A stretch of 62,399 bases of DNA, counting the filler, from Collodictyon triciliatum (Eukaryota): assembly GCA_043381765.1 (NCBI GenBank). It is 3 parts of 3 records of this genome, joined end to end, with 100 filler letters (N's around TTAATTAATTAA, not from the genome) between each part and the next. Parts side by side here need not be neighbours in the genome. Positions count along the whole stretch, not along the records: positions 28,615 to 57,038 come from JBHJMP010000976.1; 2 more parts are not named here. One strand, given 5' to 3'. The notes beneath the pieces are model-generated. The model was not told where the DNA came from. It searched no databases and saw only the letters and a program-made list of their open reading frames with translations. The translations under genes were made by a program, and so were the position numbers. Below are positions 40,801 to 53,424 of the stretch, piece after piece. The number at the start of each line of letters is the position of its first letter. The first letter of the stretch is position 1.

Positions 40801-42379
40801 TTGCCAACGGCGACAGAATCCCAATGTCTTCAACCTTGAAGCTGATCTTTGAGGTGGAGAATCTGGACAATGCTTCTCCGGCCACTGTGTCCCGTGCTGG
40901 TATGATCTACATGAGCATCTCAGCTTTAGGTGAGCTTTTTTTTCTTCTCCTTTATTTTTTTTTAATCTGGGATGGTCTATCGACACGTCTCTTTGTCTCT
41001 ATCTACCTATGATTTTTTTTCATGCTTTAATGATTTCTCACAAGGCAAACAGTAAACTGATATACAACAGTATCCAAATTTATCCAACGACCCCCCAAGA
41101 GATTCTCATTTCACTTTTTTTTTTTTTTTTAACAAAAAAAAGGTTGGAAGCCTGTGCTTGATGCATGGCTGAAGAGAAGACCTGAACCCGAGGCTCAGGT
41201 ATTGAGGCAGCTGTTTTATCAGCACTGCGACACATTCCTGAAATTCATCTCGGAAAATTGCACAAGAGTCATGCCCGTGACTGATGTGATTCAGGTGCGC
41301 TCTATACATATCTCTTTTAAATGATCTCTTGTAGAATATTCCTGTAGCAAGTTGGTTTAACTGAGCGCAGCCAAATCGCATATTTTTCTCTCTCCCAATC
41401 ACAAACTTTTCATTTTTTTAAAATATTTTGTCAACAGGTGACGAACACTCTTCATCTCTTGAAGCAGTTGATTCCATCCCGTGAGGAGAATCAAGTTCCG
41501 ACCAACCAGCACTTAGAGAGACTATTTGTATTCTGCACAAGCTGGTGCTTCGGAGGGTTACTCGAATCTGAGGACAGAGTCAAATATATGGAGGTTCTAA
41601 AATCAAGTGGCCTTAGCATCCCCGACATGACCGGCCAGTCAACCGATGGAGGCCTGCCAGAAACAGTTTTTGAATACTATGTCGATGAAAAAGGCCGGTG
41701 GAAAAACTGGACCACAAAGGTACATACGCCAAATAGAAACCATCTAAATACTGAAAATAAGTAAAAGGAAAAAATGGAAAAAGGTTGCAATTACCTTCTA
41801 TGTTGCATAACTTCTTTTAGAGCCATTTTTTCCCTTTATTCGATTCAAAGTTTTTAGAGCCATCTTATATCATTATTTCCCTCAAATATATGAAGTTGAC
41901 AATCCTATTTAATAGGTCGAGGAATATGTTTATCCAACAACATTTACACCTGATTTTTCCAACCTGCTGGTACCCACTGGTAAGAGTTTCAGATAAAGAT
42001 TCTTTTCCATCAAAATGTAGCAATGTATTGACCAACAGCATTCACGTCCAATATTACTTAGTTGACAGCGTCCGCATGGAATTTTTGATCGCTTGCTACT
42101 ACAAACAAAGCCGCGGTGTTCTTCTTGTCGGTTCTAGCGGAACAGCAAAGACGGTCACAATCAAAGGATTCCTGTCAAAGTTTGACACAGAACAAGAGCT
42201 CTCCAAGTGCATCAATCTGTCTTCAGCCACCACACCCGAGCTCCTCCAGAGAACCATCGAAGGATTGGTCGACAAGCGTATCGGATCAACATATGGGCCA
42301 GCCGGAGGAAAGCGTATGGGATGCTTTATCGATGATATCAGCATGCCGGAAATCAACGAGTGGGGCGATCAGGTGCCTA

Positions 42380-42433
<54 letters not shown>

Positions 42434-45400
42434 GTCCTTTTTTTTTTGACTGGTCACATATAATGCTGTCCTCTAGCATAAATCCAATTGGTGCACCCTA
42501 TGTTGATTTTTATGAGCACAGTAGCTGTGATGAATTATGTCATGTAATATTTTTGAATGTATCATCAGATCACCAATGAGCTACTGCGTCAGCTGATCGA
42601 AGAAGGCGGATTGTACAGTTTAGACCGCCCTGGAGAATGGACTACTATTGTGGATATTCGATTCCTCGGTGCCATGATTCAGCCTGGTGGCGGCCGTAAT
42701 GACATTCCCAATCGTCTGAAGCGTCAATTTGCCGTTTTTAATTGCACAATTCCATCCAATCAATCCATCGAAAAGATTTGGGGGTACTTTTTTTTCTTTA
42801 ATCCTACACATTATCTTCTATTTTTTTTCCTTCCTTATATTTTTTGTCCTTTTAAAAGCTAACAAAACAAACTCTCACAACAAACCATCAACAGTGATAT
42901 AGCTTATATCTACATGAAAAGTGATTATGATATAGTTGCAACCTGAGATTCAACCAACCAACCAACCAACTCACTCCCCATATTTTCTTATCCATGAATG
43001 AGGTGACCCTGATACTAGAATATCTAATTTTTAAACAACTAGCACGATTGTTGAAGGCCACTTCTGTGCAGACAGAAAATTCGACTTCAAAGTCATTGAA
43101 TCTGCCCGTAAGTTGATTCCGCTCACGCGTCGTTTATGGCAACTAACAAAGTCCAAAATGCTCCCCACCCCGAATAAGTTCCATTACAACTTCAACCTTC
43201 GCGACCTGAGCAGAATCACACAGGTTCAGGAAGTTATTAGCAGATACTCCAATGATTAGCAGTAACCCTGGAAGTTGTACAATATGGTGATTGACTTTTT
43301 TCTCCAAAAAAAAAAACCTAGGGTCTCATTGACACTCTTGGTGAGGTCATTACAACACCCACACTTCTATACAAACTATGGAAGCATGAATGTTGCCGCG
43401 TCTTGCAAGACAAATTTACTAATCAGGAGGATATCGACTGGTTCAACAAAACTATTCTGGAGGTGATGCATTCTGATGGACTTCCCCAAGAGATTATCAC
43501 CCAGGTTCGTCTATCTTTGAATTCACCAAAATTCTCTATTTCCATTCACGTGCATTTCTTGCTACTCAATCTGTGCCGTGCTATTGTTTGTATCTTTTAC
43601 TACATAATTTTGATGAAATCTCTAAACACATTTTGAATCAAAATCTAGTGTTCGGAAGAGCCTTTCTTCATCGACTGGAATAAAGTAGTTGACCTGGAGG
43701 AGGCTGAAATTGAACCAGCCATGAACCGTAGCTATGAATACTGCGGTAGCATCACGAAACTAAAGGACAAACTCGAGGAGTACCAGAAACTATATAATGC
43801 AAACATTCGAGGACACTGTACGGTCTTCACATTTTCTTTACCTTAAAATTCCGATGTTTTCTGCCCCAAAAAAACAAACATCTCAATCAGTACATTTACC
43901 CGAAATTTCATAGCACTCGACCTCGTGCTTTTCGACGATGCAATCAGACATCTTGTTCGAATCTCCAGAATTCTAAGGCGTCCTAGAGGGAGTGCACTTT
44001 TGGTTGGTGTCGGAGGTTCAGGAAGACAATCCCTCACCAGACTGGCCACATACATAGCGCAATACAGTGTATTCCAGATCACAATTACAAAGAACTACAA
44101 CCAGACAAATCTGATGGAAGACATTAAGAATTTGTAAGTCCACCGCTCAAGGTTCTATCTAGAGTCTATCAAAAGGACAACAAGCTGATCACTGACAGGC
44201 ATCGAGCCTATCTGAATATCTTGAATTTATCCTAATGTGCTTGCCATACTTAGGTACAAGATTGCTGGCGGTGCAGGAAAGGGTGTATCATTTATATTCA
44301 CAGATAACGAAATCAAGGATGAAATTTTCTTGGAGTATATCAATTGCATTCTATCAACTGGTGAAATTCCTGGTCTATTCACTAAGGATGACTTGGATGC
44401 AATTCTAACTGATCTTCGTCCTGTATTTAAGAAAGAAAAGTATGATGTTGACATCTGCCACACATCTTGTTCATACATCGATTCACTTGAATTCTCGTAT
44501 ATTGCGAAAGAGCTTCTCCACGACTACACTAACAAAAAAAAAATTACATATACAGGGGTCCATCTGGCATCGATACGAACGACAACCTGTATACCTATCT
44601 CATAGACCGTGTTCGCCGCAATCTGCATATTATTCTATGTTTCTCTCCTGTGGGAGACAAATTCCGGAGTCGTTCACTCAAATATCCTGATACACTACAT
44701 TTCATGCTTCTTTCTCCCATGAAATACAAAGGAATGCGGATATTTATGTATATATTTAAATCCAAATATGAGTGTCTGTATTTGCTTTTTCCATAACCAC
44801 TTGTAAGTTCCCGGGACTCGTCAGTGGTTGTACGATTGACTGGTTCAGTAACTGGCCAAAGCAAGCACTCATTTCTGTTGCCGAAAAGTTTCTTGGAGCA
44901 TTCCCAATCCAATGTACGCAGGCCACAAAGGATTCACTAATCAGCTTCATGGGCATCACTCATGACCTTGTAATATCTCTATTTGGAACCCTTGATAATC
45001 AAATATCAGCTTCAATACATATATAAAAAAAATCAGCTTCAATACATATAACTCTTCGATGCTAAACTGAAAATCCGAAATTAACTTTTTAGGTTGGTCG
45101 GTATACGAAAGAGTACTTTGTTAAGTTCCGCCGCACTACATTCGTGACACCGAAGTCTTACCTCTCCTTCATTAACAGGTGACTGTCACTCATAAACTGT
45201 AAAAGACATATATCAACTTTCTCCACATCGACTCGCCTCCCTTTATCTGTAACATTATCGAAAACTCAGAAAAACTAAATCTGTTGCGCCGTGATATTTG
45301 TCCATATCTAAACTTACCTTCATTACGACAGCTACAAAAAGATTTACAGCCAAAAGCGTGCTGAAATCGGCGAATTGGCCAAAAGAATGAACTCTGGTCT

Positions 45401-48400
45401 TCAAAAGCTGCTTGAGGTTACATTCCAGCCCGTTAATTATACCCTCCACTTTATTGTTGATGTGTCTATACTTTTGCAATTACCCATGTAGTTCAATATT
45501 TCCTTTGGTATGGATGTCTATGAAATATTTGCGAACGTGAACCAATACTATCCCTAATTTTCAAGGCTGGAGACGGAGTTAAAAAAATGAAGATAGAGCT
45601 GATGCAGAAAGAAAAAGATCTTGCTAAAGCCCAGGAGAAGGCTGCGGCATTCTTGGTGGAGATTACTGAAAGCACGAAAATTGCCGAGAAAAATAAGGCT
45701 TCTGTATTGAAAGTGCGCGAACAACTTGCCGAACAAGCTGGTCGCATTGATGCCGAGAAGCAACAGGCCGAGAGGAGACTGGAAGCTGCGGCACCATTGC
45801 TCGCCGATGCCGAACAGGTATCGCGTATACACATTCTCAATTTGAACACCACTGTAAATCGGACTTTGGCGTGGAGTATGCCGTTTCCTATTCACCTGCA
45901 CTCCGTTGTCTATATGAAGAAAGAATGGACGAGTAATTTCTATAACAACTTTTAGGCTCTAAATCAAATCAAAGCATCCGATATTGCGGCCGTCAAGAAG
46001 CTTCCGAAGCCACCAAATCTGGTGAAGCGTATTATGGATGGCGTGCTTGCCCTTCGGCGATTCCCGATGGACCCGTTCAAGTTGGACACTGAAATCACTG
46101 AAAAGATGCAGGTATTGTCATCGTGGAGCAAAGCCATGAAAATGATGGGTGACTCAACCTTCCTCAAGCAACTCCAGGAGTTCGATAGGGTTCGTTTATT
46201 TTTCCCCAACCCGTCCTTCCCTTCCTTCTTATCATCTTTCTCTCGCATGGGTGTTCCTTGTTGCTCCTACGCCTACCCCACCCAACGTCCAACATTTTCG
46301 CGAGACAATACAAGGAAACGTCTTACATGTATACCAATTTACTAAGCAGTATTTGCCAGAAAATATCTGAATTACACTACATCGCTAGGATGCTATCAAT
46401 GACGAGACATGCGAACTCCTTGAACCCTATCTTAGGATGGAGGACTTTAATCGTGAAGATGCGGAGAAATCGGCTGGTGCTGTGTCTGGTCTTTGTGCTT
46501 GGGTTCGTGCCATGCATTCATACCACTTCATCGCAGCCGAAGTCGAACCCATGCGAGTTGCTGTACACCTGGTATTGTATTATTTTTTTTTTGACAACTA
46601 ATCGAGCAGCGATATCCCCTCCTCGATTCTCCTCTACAAAATATCTCAAAGTCACTCCACCGGATGAATCATGCGATTTATGTATTTAATCTACGCGCTT
46701 TTCCTGTAGCGAAATACATCCATCATCCACAAAAGGTATTTAACCACATATTCGCTAGGCTGAAATTAGTTTGAACGCGGCAAAGAAAGAATTGCAAAAG
46801 GCGCAAAGCGAGCTGGACGAGAAACAGAAGGCACTTGATGTGATGAAGGCGAAGTATGATGTCGCCATGAGAGAAAAACAGGCCATGATAGATGAGGCTG
46901 ATAACTGCAAGCGGAGGTAAGCAGCTGTGAAATAATAAGCGAGCGAATCCCACCACAATTTCACCATTTAATTGTCCAAATGCTCGTACTGATATATATC
47001 TCTTTCATATCTCAGTATCACAGCGGCTACTGCTTTGATTGGTGCTCTCAGTGGGGAGAAGGAAAGATGGACTAAGCAGAGCAAAGAGTTTGAAGAGACT
47101 ATCAACAGGCTTGTCGGTGATGTTGCCGTCGCCGCGGCTTTCATGTCTTACAGTGGACCATTTAATCAAGAGTTCCGATCACGTTTGGCAGATGCTTGGT
47201 TCGACGTGGGTGTTCTATTTCATCATGTCCACTATGAATCTGATATATCCCCGCCATAGCGACAAACATTACAACAGCCCGGTATCTTTTGCCAGTTTAC
47301 ATATAAATTCAAAAACATTTAGGATTTGCGCAAAGGAAGAATTCCGTTCACGGAATCTTTGAATGTCATCAAATTCCTCGTGCATGAAAACACAGTCGGT
47401 GAATGGAATCTACAGGGACTCCCTACTGACGATCTTTCCACACAGAATGGTATCATCGTCACTAGTGCATCTCGCTATCCACTATTGATCGACCCACAAG
47501 GGTTTGTGAACCAATCACGTTTAATTTAATTTTATTTGTGCCGTGCTATCAATTACATATTCCATTAAATTATGCCTCTTACAATTTTATAAATTAAATA
47601 TTTTTCCTTATATCATACAAACTGATTCATCTCTCTAACAGGCAAGGCAAAGAATGGATTAAAAGGAGAGAGGCCAGCCGCAACCTCAAAATCACTACTC
47701 TGTTGGACAAAAACTTCCGCCTACAAATCGAAGAGTGCCTATCATTCGGTATACCCATTCTCATCGAGGATGTCGAAGAAGAACTCGACCCAGTCATCGA
47801 CAATGTCCTGGAGAAGAATTACATTAAAACTGGTCGCTCTACAAAGGTTAAACTTGGAGATCGTGAGGTCGATGTGTCTCCTGAATTCTACGTGAGTTTA
47901 TGATATGTTTATTTAGTATTGCATTAATTGATACATTACACATGGGAACGCTTTCATGAAACAGAGAACGGACAGTTCATTGTCGCTGATTACCACTATC
48001 ATTATAGCTTTATATAACGACAAAATTGGCCAACCCAAGATTCTCTCCTGAAGTAGCTGCAAAGACGGTTATCATCGATTTCACAGTGACATTAAAGGTC
48101 CTCATTATCTTTTTATATTTTTTTTGTATAAAATGGAAGCCTCCTCTATAAATTCCTTGAGTCAGTGAATCAGTTGTCTTTTTTTTGTTTTGTTTTGTTT
48201 TGTTTTGTTTTGTTTTGTTTTGTTTTGTTTTGTTTTGTTTTGTTTTGTTTTGTTTTGTTTTGTTTTGTTTTGTTTTGTTTTGTTGGCTTATATCACATTC
48301 ACATGTCAGGGCTTGGAGGACCAGCTGCTGGGACTTGTGATTTTGAAGGAAAAGGCTGAGCTCGAAAAGCAGAGACTTGGTCTATTGGAGGAAGTGAACA

Positions 48401-51400
48401 CCAACAAAAAGAAGATTCAGACCCTCGAAGACGTAATACATATATTTTCTAGATTGAAGCGACAGGACAGTGGAGCTTAACAGAGTCTTTTTGTACCGAA
48501 GCAACGCTTATACTCACAAATTCACTTCTACCTATCATATACAGGACTTGCTCTTCCGTCTGTCCAATACAAAAGGAAATTTGTTGGACGACCACACTCT
48601 GGTGGAAGTGCTTGCTACCACGAAGCAGACGTCCGAGGAAGTGTCGGAGAAGTTGATTGTTTGCTACGAAACAGAGAAGCAGATTAATAGGTATCACTCA
48701 TCCCAGTTAGCAAAATATTCTGTATATTGTGCGAACTTCGCTCTATATTAAGGAATTTTCCCTAATTACGACCTTCGTTGACCAAATGCACAGTAAGCTC
48801 GCGCATATTAAATTAATATCTGCTTGTACAGCGCTCGTGAGGAGTTCCGCCCGGTTGCTGCACGTGGCTCCATTCTTTATTTCCTTGTCGCAGAAATGAG
48901 TTTAGTGAACCACATGTACCAAACATCTCTGGCCCAGTACCTCAAGCTATTCGACGGCTCAATGGAGCGCTCCACTCCCTCTCCATTCACCCAAAAGCGC
49001 ATATCAAACATTATCGATTACCTGACCAATTCTGTCCACAAGTACATCGCTCGAGGGCTGTTCGAAATTCACAAGTTACTCTTCGTCTTGCAGATGGCGC
49101 TGAAGATCGATCTTTATGCCTCTAGAATAGACCACAAAGAATATATGTGTCTTATCAAGGTAAAGTAATGATAAGTCTTGACTGTGCCTACCATTTGTCT
49201 ATAACTGTGATATTATATCCCAAAGAAAGAATTTGGACTTGCATGTTTACTCACATCAATTGAAAATGCAGGGAGGAGCTGCACTGAATTTGCAATCTGT
49301 CAAGAAGAAACCATTCTCGTGGATTACAGATACCACGTGGTTAAATCTAATTGCTCTGTCTGATTTACCACAATTCAAGGAAATTATCCATTCCATCACA
49401 GAAAATGAGTCAGTATGGAGAAAGTGGTACGAGCTTGAGGCACCAGAGGAGGCAGAAATTCCTGACGGGTATGCTTCATATAAATTTTTGTGTTTTTCTT
49501 TTCCTCTATCCTATTGTATTCGGTCTACGTACTTGGAAGGAAAGCATTTTCCTCATCACTTTGTCTTGCATATAGCTATGAATCTCGCTTGGACAAGTTC
49601 CGAAAGCTGGTATTGGTTCGTTGCTGGTGCCAAGACCGTACTATGCTCGCCGCCACGTCTTACATCATCAGCGCCTTAGGAGAATCTTACGTTGAGAGTG
49701 TAGGGATGGACCTAGATGCTGTTGTCAACGAGACAGACACCCGCACCCCTATTGTGTGCCTCCTGTCGCTCGGTTCAGACCCCACCAGCAACATTAATAC
49801 TCTTGCGAAGAAATACAAAGTGGTGAGTAAATACGTCTGCAACCCACTGCCTGATAATATTCTCACCAAAATATTAATAAATAAAAAAAAAAGAAGGAGA
49901 AAAGATAATTAAACTATTCTGCGTGCTTATACATTCTCATGAAAAAGCATCTCGATACACTTATATCCGATGAATACATTCATGAACCGCTATCCTCCTC
50001 CCCATCTTAGAAACCAGAGCAAGTATCCATGGGGCAAGGCCAAGATGCACCGGCTAGGCGATTGATTAATCAGGCCATGCAGTCTGGAGGATGGGTTATC
50101 TTGCAAAATTGCCATCTTGGTCTCCAGGTTGACTATCCAGCTATACTTATCTGTTTTTTTTTTCTCCTGTCTAATGACTCAAAAATTTGAGCGTTGGTGT
50201 TTATAAACCTTTATTATGTCTTAGTTTTTGGCAGATGAGGTTGTATCCATGCTATTGACAACACCAGAAATCCATGATGACTTCAAACTATGGATTACAA
50301 CCGAGCCTGTCTCGAAGTTCCCAATCAACTTGCTTCAAATGGCTGTAAAGCTCGCTAACGAACCTCCACAAGGAGTCAGAGTAAGTTATCGCACACTTAT
50401 AACATGCCATGAAGGATATATTCATAAATCAACCTGTTATTTACATTGCATTTGTCGTCCTTCTTTCCTTGATTTCACAGGCAGGACTAAAGCGTACGTG
50501 GAACTGGATAACCCAGGAGACTCTGGACCTGATAGACAAACCTCAATGGAGAATGCTGTTATATTCTCTCAGTTTCCTGCATACAACGGTAATGAGATAT
50601 CTCACCATAATGTGTGCAATTACAATACACCTAAGGACTTCCCCGCCAATTCCACCATAACATAATTCAAAATGTTCTACAGGTTCAAGAGAGACGCAAA
50701 TTTGGCCCACTAGGTTGGAACATACCATATGAATTCAATCAATCTGACTTATCAGCCGGACTCCAATTCATTCGAAACCATATGGACAACGTGAGTATAT
50801 CAACAATCTGGTGCTGGCACCGACCTATCAAGGAGAAGCCTTATATGTCATGTGAAGTCATTTGTAAAATATGGTCGAATAAGTGTGCTGACTATATCCG
50901 CCGTATATCCAGATGGACCGTAAGAGGGGCATTGTATGGACAAATGTGCGCTATATGCTATGTGAAGTCCATTACGGTGGACGTGTCACAGACGAGTTTG
51001 ACCGTATCTTGCTATCCACGTATGGTAATGAGTGGTTCAAGGACGAGATATTCGAACAAGGATTTGAATTTTTCAAGAGTAAGTAATTCTAAATCCCCCA
51101 CCCCCACCCCCACCCACAGCAACTCGCCTTCCTTGGGGACTCGAAAACCATGCATGGTCTCCTCGCAAATTTCCCTAACCTGAAATTCTCACCATGTGTT
51201 GCCTATCCATCCATCCATCCATCCATAGAATATCCGATCCCCAGTTGCAAGAATGTGAAGGAATTCCGTGAATACATCGAAACCATTCCGCTCACGGATA
51301 CCCCTGAAATATTCGGAATGCATCCGAATGCTGACATCACCTTCCGCACGAACCAAGCTTCTGATATTCTGAGTATGCCATGACAAATAATACGCTCCGT

Positions 51401-52933
51401 TATTGTATTCGACATATCTTCTTTTTTTCTTCAAAATGTGTTACTAACATGCTGAAACTACCTCCCATTATATAGACACTATTTTGAATGTGCAGCCGAA
51501 GGATTCTTCCGGAAGCGGAGGCGAGAGTCGTGAGTCTCAGGTGCTTGCAATGGCACAGGATATTCTTTTGAAGCTGCCCGCGGACTACGTCAAGGTATAA
51601 TCTGGCAGATGCGCTGTGCTTATGTGTCCTGATTTTGTTTTATAAATTTTTTTTTTTTCGTTGAGACAAGTCTCATAGCTACTGACTGTACATGCCACTC
51701 GCATAATAATATTAATGATAATAATAAATTGTCGCCCTCGATGCCCATCCACCTACAACCAACCACTTGTCATCAGCAATCAAATAATATGAGATACAAT
51801 CATTAGAGCAAGGTCAAGGAGGACATCAAACGCCTTGGAGGTCAGACGCCTCTGAACGTCTTCTTAAGCCATGAGGTGCATCGCATCCAAGTAGCCCTCA
51901 GCACAATTCGCCGCACACTGGGCGACCTGCAACTCGCGATTGCAGGCACCATCGTGATGAACGAAAACCTGATTGGCATCCTCAACTCGTTGTACGATGC
52001 CCGTGTCCCTCCGCTGTGGGAGAAGCTTACGTGGTCTTCGTCCACACTGGGTTTCTGGAACGAGGACTTGAGCCTTCGCTGCAAACAATACACAAAGTGG
52101 CTCAAGGACGGACAGCCTCTTGTCTTCTGGCTGACGGGCTTCTACAATCCCCAGGTAAACACACATCCACACACGGCATAGAGCACGATGCACAGCCCAG
52201 CGACTCACTCTTTCTTTCTTCTGCGGCCCAGGGCTTCCTCACGTCGATGCGTCAGGAAATTGCGCGCGACCGCAAGTGGGCGCTAGACACGGTCAAGATC
52301 AACACGGAAGTGACCAACAAGGAAGAGCGAGACGTGAAGCAGGCTCCGCCAGAGGGTGTCTTTATCCAGGGCCTTTTCATCGAAGGAGCAAGGTACGGCA
52401 CTAATCGCACACCAGTGTCCATCTATGTCTGTTTATGTCTAGTGGCTTGTTGTGATTGTTGTGATTGTTGTGATTGTTGTGAAATCATACGTTAAATATT
52501 CGAAGGGATGGCAGTAACAAGCACATGATACCTTATCCTATTCTAACATCGCCCTCTCTCTCTTTCTCATTCACTCACTCACTCACTCACTCACTCACTC
52601 ACTCACTCACTCACTCACTCACTCACTCACTCACTCACTCACTCACTCACTCACTCACTCACTCACTCACGCGGCATCACCACGCGCAGCTGGGACAAGT
52701 ACAAGTGCCAGCTGATCGAGTCCAAGCCCAAGATTCTGCACACGTCCATGCCCGTCATCCACGTGACGGCATCCACAAACCCGCCCGCTTCGGCCCACGT
52801 CTACAACTGCCCCGTCTACCGCACCCCACAGAGAACCGACCGCAACTACATCTTCGACGTCCAACTCAACACGGACGACTCCGCTGCGCGGTGGACCATG
52901 CGTGGCGTCGCGCTCCTCTGCTCCAAAGTCTAG
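28883..52933 (+). CDS. Axonemal outer-arm dynein heavy chain, gamma/DNAH5-DNAH8 class; 5' end missing at gap; many tens of introns
   Basis: [17 protein letters not shown] and [24 protein letters not shown]1 [33 protein letters not shown]2 GASGAGKT, P3 GSSGTAKT, P4 GVGGSGRQS, stalk, and C-terminal [13 protein letters not shown]. Confidence 0.95.
33129..33296 (+). other. U12-type GT-AG intron in the dynein gene
   Basis: Donor GTATCCAA; CCTTAAC at 33279-33285, 11 nt from the TAG end. Removal gives PLFNVSIELSVPN. Confidence 0.75.
35319..35482 (+). other. Probable U12-type GT-AG intron in the dynein gene
   Basis: Donor GTATCCAA; TTCTTTGAC at 35463-35471, 11 nt from the CAG end. Removal gives LLSSLYTLY. 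Confidence 0.6.
39353..39494 (+). other. GC-AG intron in the dynein gene
   Basis: Only AG|GCAATG ... TTAG|A restores the conserved [14 protein letters not shown]. Confidence 0.8.
41815..41863 (-). mobile_element. Ultra-short LINE family A 3'-end insertion with ~12-bp TSD in a dynein intron
   Basis: TTTTAGAGCCAT (41815-41826 and 41852-41863) flanks TTTTTCCCTTTATTCGATTCAAAGT. Confidence 0.85.
44682..44806 (+). other. U12-type intron with AT donor, best-fit AT-AA termini
   Basis: Donor ATATCCTG; branch TTCCATAAC at 44789-44797. Ending at AA (44806) restores [17 protein letters not shown]. Confidence 0.75.
45005..45050 (+). repeat. 19-bp direct repeat flanking TAAAAAAA (possible tail-only retroinsertion)
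   Basis: ATCAGCTTCAATACATATA at 45005-45023 and 45032-45050. Confidence 0.6.
52570..52670. repeat. (ACTC)n microsatellite in the last dynein intron
   Basis: Direct reading. Confidence 0.95.
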
Positions 52934-53424
52934 ACGAGCCTCTGTCTCCTCCTTTTCCTAAACATCTCCTTCCTTTTCCTTGGCACCATGTCTTCTCTTG
53001 CGCAGAGGGGTTTGCTCTCCTTTTATTATATTCTACCGACCGACCTTATTCTCTGGGCGCAACGGAGCAGACACAGAAGATGGAGAAAATAAATAATAAT
53101 CAAAGCAGGTGATGCGGGATACCCGTGATGAAAAAAAAGTTGCGCTTGTGGCGGCAGGGAAAAGATCCGGCCCCTCGCTCCACCCTCAGCTACCGACTAC
53201 GCCAAGAGGACTACCAAAACTGGATTATTGGCGTGCACAACAGCTCTCCCTTTCGCGCCACCCACCGACAGGAAACTGTTGCTTGGGAGTCACAGACTGC
53301 GACGACGTTTGTTGCGATCATCAAGAGGAGCGATTGTTTGGCAGCGACCATTGTGTGGCGTGCTGGTGAGAAGGATGTGCCGTAATGTTCTTGGCGTCTT
53401 TGCTTGTGCAGGTCACCAAGCTCC

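Noticed and set aside
53109-53385. GC-rich short ORFs between the dynein stop and the RGS gene
   Set aside because: No motifs or splice support; more likely promoter or UTR sequence.
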